From Promethearchaeia archaeon (GTDB lineage Archaea; Asgardarchaeota; Lokiarchaeia; Sigyniarchaeales; SOKP01), in contig JAHQWK010000001.1 of assembly GCA_029856145.1 (NCBI GenBank), positions 128,001-192,000 of the forward strand: 64,000 nt of DNA. Direction: 5' to 3'. The stretch's first letter is position 1; the number at the start of each line of letters is the position of its first letter. Below are positions 59,197 through 64,000 of the stretch, piece by piece. The notes beneath the pieces are model-generated. The model did no database searches. It was given only the letters and a program-made list of their open reading frames with translations, and had not been told where the DNA came from. The position numbers and the translations under genes were made by a program.

Positions 59197-60819
59197 ATGA
59201 GAGATTTATTTCTTGGTTTAGATTGCTCAACTCAGAGCTTAACTGCTCTATTAATTAATTTCAGTTCGGGCAAGGTAATTTCTCAATATAGTATAAATTT
59301 TGATGAAGACTTGCCGAATTATAAAACACAAAAAGGAGTTATTCTTTTAGAGGATATTACAGTCACTCATTCATATCCACTTATGTGGGTTGAAGCTTTA
59401 GAACTATTATTTGAAAAAATGAAAAATAACGAAATTCCGCTTTATGAAATTAAGGCAATATCAGGATCCGGACAACAACATGGGACAGTGTATTTAAATA
59501 ATAAGTTTAGAAAAGTTCTTAAAACATTAGATTTTAAAAAATCTCTCGTATCTCAATTAGAATCTACATTTTCTCGTCATACAAGTCCTATTTGGATGGA
59601 TTCTAGCACAACTAACCAATGTGATGAAATTCGTGAGAAATTAGGTGGATTAAAATCTACTATCAAATTATTAGGTTCAAACACCAATGAACGGTTTTCT
59701 GGACCTCAAATAAGAAAATTTTACCAAGAGAACCTTAATGGATATAATCAGACTTCGATTATTCATTTAGTAAGTTCATTTATGGCTTCAATTCTATTAG
59801 GAAAAAATGCCTCAATCGATCATGGAGATGGAGCTGGTATGAATTTAATGAACATAAAGAGTAAAATATGGGATGATCGCGCTTTAGATGCAACCGCACC
59901 CAATTTAAAAGAAAAATTACCTCTACTTACAAATCCTTACTCTATTATTGGAAAACTATCTTCATACTTTGTAGCAAAATTCGGTTTCAATCCGGATACA
60001 GATCTTATAGTGTGGTCTGGTGATAACCCAAATAGCCTTGTTGGTGTTGGATTGATCGAAAAAGGCAAAGTTGCAATAAGTTTAGGCACTAGTGATACAT
60101 ATTTTGGCTATTTACAAGATTTATATCTTGACTTTAAGGGAGAAGGACATGTTTTTGGGGCACCAACGGGGGATTATATGAGTTTAATTTGTTATAAAAA
60201 TGGTTCTTTAGCAAGAGAAAGAATAAAAGATCAATTTAATCTAAATTGGGTGAAATTTTCTAAAATTTTGAATAAAACTCCTCCAGGAAATAATGGAAAA
60301 TTAATGTTGCCATACTTTTTTCCTGAAATTGTTCCACAAGTATTAGAACCTATGGTTCATCGTTTTGGTTTTGATGAAAATGACATAGAAGGAAATATAA
60401 GGGGTATCATCGAAGCCCAATTTTTATCTATGAGACTTCATTCAAATTGGATTGGAGAAAAACCTAAAGAAATTTACACTACTGGAGGAGCCTCCGTAAA
60501 TGAAGAAATTCTTCAAATATTAGCAAATATTTTTAACACAAAAGTCCGTATGTTTGAAGTTACAGATTCAGCAGCTTTTGGAGCAGCATTCAGAGCAGCA
60601 AAATCATATTATGATTCTGAAGATGAGATAAAAAGTTGGAATGAAATAATAGATAAATTCATAAATATACAAAAAAGCATTGTCATTGAACCAGATAAGA
60701 AACATATTGAATTATATGATGATATGCTTGAACTCTATGGAAAATATGAAGAATTTATTCTTAGAAATGGTGAAAATCCCAAATTAGCTCGCTTAGAGTT
60801 TATTAAGAAGTATTTTTAA
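59197..60819 (+). CDS. xylB: Xylulose kinase, eukaryote-type (XYLB/Xks1-like) FGGY kinase
   Basis: LGLDCSTQ, SGSGQQHG, PIWMDSST, ERFSGPQIRK, LVSSF, GDNP, SLGTSDT, YKNGSLARE. Confidence 0.85.
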   Translation: MRDLFLGLDCSTQSLTALLINFSSGKVISQYSINFDEDLPNYKTQKGVILLEDITVTHSYPLMWVEALELLFEKMKNNEIPLYEIKAISGSGQQHGTVYLNNKFRKVLKTLDFKKSLVSQLESTFSRHTSPIWMDSSTTNQCDEIREKLGGLKSTIKLLGSNTNERFSGPQIRKFYQENLNGYNQTSIIHLVSSFMASILLGKNASIDHGDGAGMNLMNIKSKIWDDRALDATAPNLKEKLPLLTNPYSIIGKLSSYFVAKFGFNPDTDLIVWSGDNPNSLVGVGLIEKGKVAISLGTSDTYFGYLQDLYLDFKGEGHVFGAPTGDYMSLICYKNGSLARERIKDQFNLNWVKFSKILNKTPPGNNGKLMLPYFFPEIVPQVLEPMVHRFGFDENDIEGNIRGIIEAQFLSMRLHSNWIGEKPKEIYTTGGASVNEEILQILANIFNTKVRMFEVTDSAAFGAAFRAAKSYYDSEDEIKSWNEIIDKFINIQKSIVIEPDKKHIELYDDMLELYGKYEEFILRNGENPKLARLEFIKKYF

Positions 60820-60944
60820 AAACACATAGTATACAGATTGTAATATCTTTATATGATTTTGGGTGAAAATTGCTAAATTATAATCGATTTAATAATAAAT
60901 CTTCTTTCACTACTTTAATAATCAATTCATAAACTGAATATATT

Positions 60945-61445
60945 ATGGCAATTAAAGAAGGCGATATTATTAAAGTAGAGTATATGGGCACTTTCGATGA
61001 CGGGACAGTATTCGACAGTACTGAAATAAACGGAAGTATCCCTTTAAAATTTGAGGTCGGAGCGGGACAGATTATTCCAGGCTTTGATAACTCTGTAGTT
61101 GGCAAATCTATTGGAGATGAGTTTAATATCAGATTAGAACCTTCTGAAGCATACGGTGAATATAAGGAAGGCTTTACTCAGTCTATTCCAAAAGACCAAT
61201 TTCCGCCAGAACAAGAGCCAGAAACAGGTTTGATGATTTTATTAATCGGTCCACAAGGTCAACCAGTTCCTGCTACAATAAAAGAAGTTAATGGTGATAT
61301 AGTTACAATAGATTTAAATCATCCTATGGCAGGGAAAGTGTTAAATTTTAAAATTAAGATAGTTGAAACTGGGTGTGAACCTGATCCCCCTCATGAATGT
61401 GGTCCTGGGTGTAACCATGACCATAACCACGACCATGACCACTAA
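60945..61445 (+). CDS. slyD: SlyD-like FKBP peptidyl-prolyl isomerase with a Cys/His tail
   Basis: Y.G.FDDG.VFDS, IIPGF, PSEAYG, DLNHPMAGK.L.F; tail HECGPGCNHDHNHDHDH. Confidence 0.92.
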   Translation: MAIKEGDIIKVEYMGTFDDGTVFDSTEINGSIPLKFEVGAGQIIPGFDNSVVGKSIGDEFNIRLEPSEAYGEYKEGFTQSIPKDQFPPEQEPETGLMILLIGPQGQPVPATIKEVNGDIVTIDLNHPMAGKVLNFKIKIVETGCEPDPPHECGPGCNHDHNHDHDH

Positions 61446-61595
61446 TATCTTGTTCTGATGAAAACTTAAAATTTTCCATTCTTATTTTTTTCAATTATGT
61501 AATAAAAGAACGAAAAATCCGTTTCTCATTAAATTAAAATTTTAAATCTCCTTTTAAAAATCAACATGATAGTATAAAATAGCAGGTTTAAAAAA

Positions 61596-63017
61596 ATGGC
61601 TAAGGGGAAAAATACAAATTCTGAGAAATCCTTCAATAGGGTATTTTGGCCCCTTTATATATTAAATGGATTTCAAAGTGTGGCATATGGGGCAATGATT
61701 GTACTTGTGGTTCCCCTTGCTCTAATTATTTGGCCAAATGATCCAGCAGATATTCATGCATTGGAAATGGGAATATTATATACAACTTTATCTTGGAGTA
61801 GTTCTTTTGCTGGCCTCCTTTTTGGTAGACTTATTGATAAATACTCTAGAAAAAAAATTATCATCGTTATTTCTCTGTTTAGAGGATTTTCAATGTTTCT
61901 ACTAGGATTTGCTGTTTATGGTGGTGAATATGGTACATGGTGGTATTTTTTTACTTTCATTGCGCTTTTTGGCTTTTTTGCTGGAGGTTCATGGCCAGCT
62001 ATTAATTCATTATCTAATGATATTGTCCCCCGAGATCACCGTTCTCGGTTTTTTGGGATATATCAAATAGTACTTAATACGACAAATATAATAGGTTGGT
62101 TAATAGCAACATACCTAGTTCAGATTGGTCTATGGAGGGTTTTTTTTTGGGGTATAGGATTATTTATTCTTCTTGGAGGTTTGATTTTTGCTATTCATAA
62201 TGAAGAACCAAAAAGAGGTGTTCAGCAAGAAGAATTATATCATGTACTTCAAGATGACTCCATAGAGTATGATTTTCAAATAGATAATGGAATGATGCGG
62301 AAAACAATGCTTAGTAGAACTAATGTTGTAGCTCTAATTGAAGGAATATTTACTTGTATCCTTATGAGTAGTCTAAATTTTTTAATTTTAAATTATGTTC
62401 AAAACCCACCATATAATCTTGCACCATTTTCTATAGGTGTATTTATGGTTGTTTTTGGTCTAACAGGGGGGTTAGTAGGACAAATATTTTTATCAAGAGT
62501 AAGTGACAAGATTGCTGTAAAAGATCCGGTAAGAAGATTACCTATTATCGTTATCGCCATAATAGGTGGTTTAGTTACTTTTGCTCTCTTCTTTTTTCTT
62601 CCGTGGGTTCCCTTAACACCAGAACAGGGCAAGGACATCGCTTATATAATGACAATCCCTACAATGTGGATTATGGGCGCATTATTCTTCACCTCACGGA
62701 GTATTTTTTCTCTATACATAGTTAATCAAAGTCCCATAATTCAACAAATAAATTTACCTGAGGCCCAAGGCCAAATAGTTTCTTGGAATCAATTTTTAGA
62801 ACAGTTTGGAAGAGGTATTGGACCATTATTATGTGGGACTTTATTAGTTTTTACGAATACAAATTATCAAATAACTGTCTTAACAGTATGCTTATGTATT
62901 GTTCCCGGTGCGATATTGTGGATTGTTGCAATGAGATGGTTTCCAGCGGATAGAGAAAATATAAAAACTATTTTAGCTGAACGAGCAGAGATTCTAAACT
63001 CTAGAAAAGAGGGTTAA
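61596..63017 (+). CDS. MFS transporter
   Basis: FGRLIDKYSRKK (motif A); about 12 TM segments. Confidence 0.88.
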   Translation: MAKGKNTNSEKSFNRVFWPLYILNGFQSVAYGAMIVLVVPLALIIWPNDPADIHALEMGILYTTLSWSSSFAGLLFGRLIDKYSRKKIIIVISLFRGFSMFLLGFAVYGGEYGTWWYFFTFIALFGFFAGGSWPAINSLSNDIVPRDHRSRFFGIYQIVLNTTNIIGWLIATYLVQIGLWRVFFWGIGLFILLGGLIFAIHNEEPKRGVQQEELYHVLQDDSIEYDFQIDNGMMRKTMLSRTNVVALIEGIFTCILMSSLNFLILNYVQNPPYNLAPFSIGVFMVVFGLTGGLVGQIFLSRVSDKIAVKDPVRRLPIIVIAIIGGLVTFALFFFLPWVPLTPEQGKDIAYIMTIPTMWIMGALFFTSRSIFSLYIVNQSPIIQQINLPEAQGQIVSWNQFLEQFGRGIGPLLCGTLLVFTNTNYQITVLTVCLCIVPGAILWIVAMRWFPADRENIKTILAERAEILNSRKEG

Positions 63018-63284
63018 CCCTCCAATCATTCGCTTTTACTTAAACAAGGAAGACCAACAGGAATATATAAGGAGGGGGGTGTTGGAAGGGTAAATCTATA
63101 TGAAGAAAATGTAAATCCTGAGTTTGGTTGATTATCATGATGAACACATACAGGTCCAAAATGGGAGCTCAGAACGTAAGATATATATATTACGATAGAG
63201 TGTTTAATGATTAATTACATAAGTCTTAAAAATCTTAAAATCAAATAAAACATAAATAAATTTAGAAATCAATGTGATTTTATT

Positions 63285-64000
63285 ATGATAAGTTGGATTT
63301 TATTTGCTATATTTGGCACATGGGTTTTAATTAACCGTTTTAGTGAAGGCGGAAAAATTGAAGATCAACCTCTTGGTATGCCACGCGGAACAGTAAGAGC
63401 ATTAATCACGATTATGCTTGTTTCATTTCCTTTTTGGTATATAATAATAGGAGGAGAAATCCCTGGTTTAATAGTAAACGTTATTTTTATTGTAGTAGCT
63501 TTTTATTTTGAAGCTAGACGAGGTGAGCACGAAAAATTAAAAGAAATTATTGATGAAATAAAAACTTCGGATTTACATGTCGAAGATATAATAAAGGAGA
63601 AGAAACCACTATATCTCCCTAAATATAGTGTTAGATTTCTTTTAGTTGTGATGTTAGTTATCGTTCAAATTATGATTTTCTTACAACCAAGCTTTTCTTT
63701 TCTAGTAACAAATACTCTTACTGATCTATTATTAATTATCGTTCTTTTTATTATCGGTGCCTTTTTTAGATCTGTTCTAAGATCTCGAGAAAGGAAAAAA
63801 ACTAGAGAAAAAATTGCAAATATGGATGCTTCTCTTTCTGATGTTCAAATTATTGAAAAGTTAATGCTTGAAGAACCTGATTGGTGGAAACGTACTGGTA
63901 AAAATGTGCTTTCAATAACAATGTTAATCATTGTCATTATAGCATTATTATGCTATACTTATAAATGGGATTATACAATCTTTACAATTCCTGGTCTGCA
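63285..64000 (+). CDS. Membrane protein with an internal repeat, 3' end outside the window
   Basis: ATG at 63285 with the frame open as far as traced; PLGMPRGTVRAL and PLYLPKYSVRFL are each followed by TM segments. Confidence 0.75.
   Translation, partial: MISWILFAIFGTWVLINRFSEGGKIEDQPLGMPRGTVRALITIMLVSFPFWYIIIGGEIPGLIVNVIFIVVAFYFEARRGEHEKLKEIIDEIKTSDLHVEDIIKEKKPLYLPKYSVRFLLVVMLVIVQIMIFLQPSFSFLVTNTLTDLLLIIVLFIIGAFFRSVLRSRERKKTREKIANMDASLSDVQIIEKLMLEEPDWWKRTGKNVLSITMLIIVIIALLCYTYKWDYTIFTIPGL

Noticed and set aside
63149-63172. SRP RNA helix-8-like CAGGTCC...GGGAGC
   Set aside because: The loop is AAAAT rather than GNRA, and no flanking ~300-nt 7S structure is evident.

Overview
Very AT-rich archaeal chromosome segment, most likely from an Asgard archaeon of the Lokiarchaeia/Promethearchaeota type. 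The support is roadblock/longin-like proteins, Rab-like small GTPases, a Loki-CTERM-like sorting tail, PAN, SAMP-like ubiquitin folds, archaeal tRNAs and GGTG ribosome-binding sites. It holds about 65 CDS, two tRNAs and several gene remnants; I found no rRNA, CRISPR array, integrase or transposase. Main points: (1) a four-gene operon of a catalytically dead AAA+ protein, an Smc5/6-like SMC, a kleisin and a kite-like subunit (33.7-39.7 kb); (2) a ~3 kb cassette between thyA and a diverged second copy of the thyA 3' end, carrying a Zn-finger / V4R / roadblock-Rab-GTPase module in which two proteins share one ~100 aa C-terminal domain; (3) tRNA-Asp with a 30-nt insertion outside the anticodon loop, probably a non-canonical intron; (4) a BpsA-AdoMetDC fusion; (5) an extended arsenic locus and a PadR-led UvrA2/VOC putative resistance operon. 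All family calls come from motif recognition by eye; no database searches were run.
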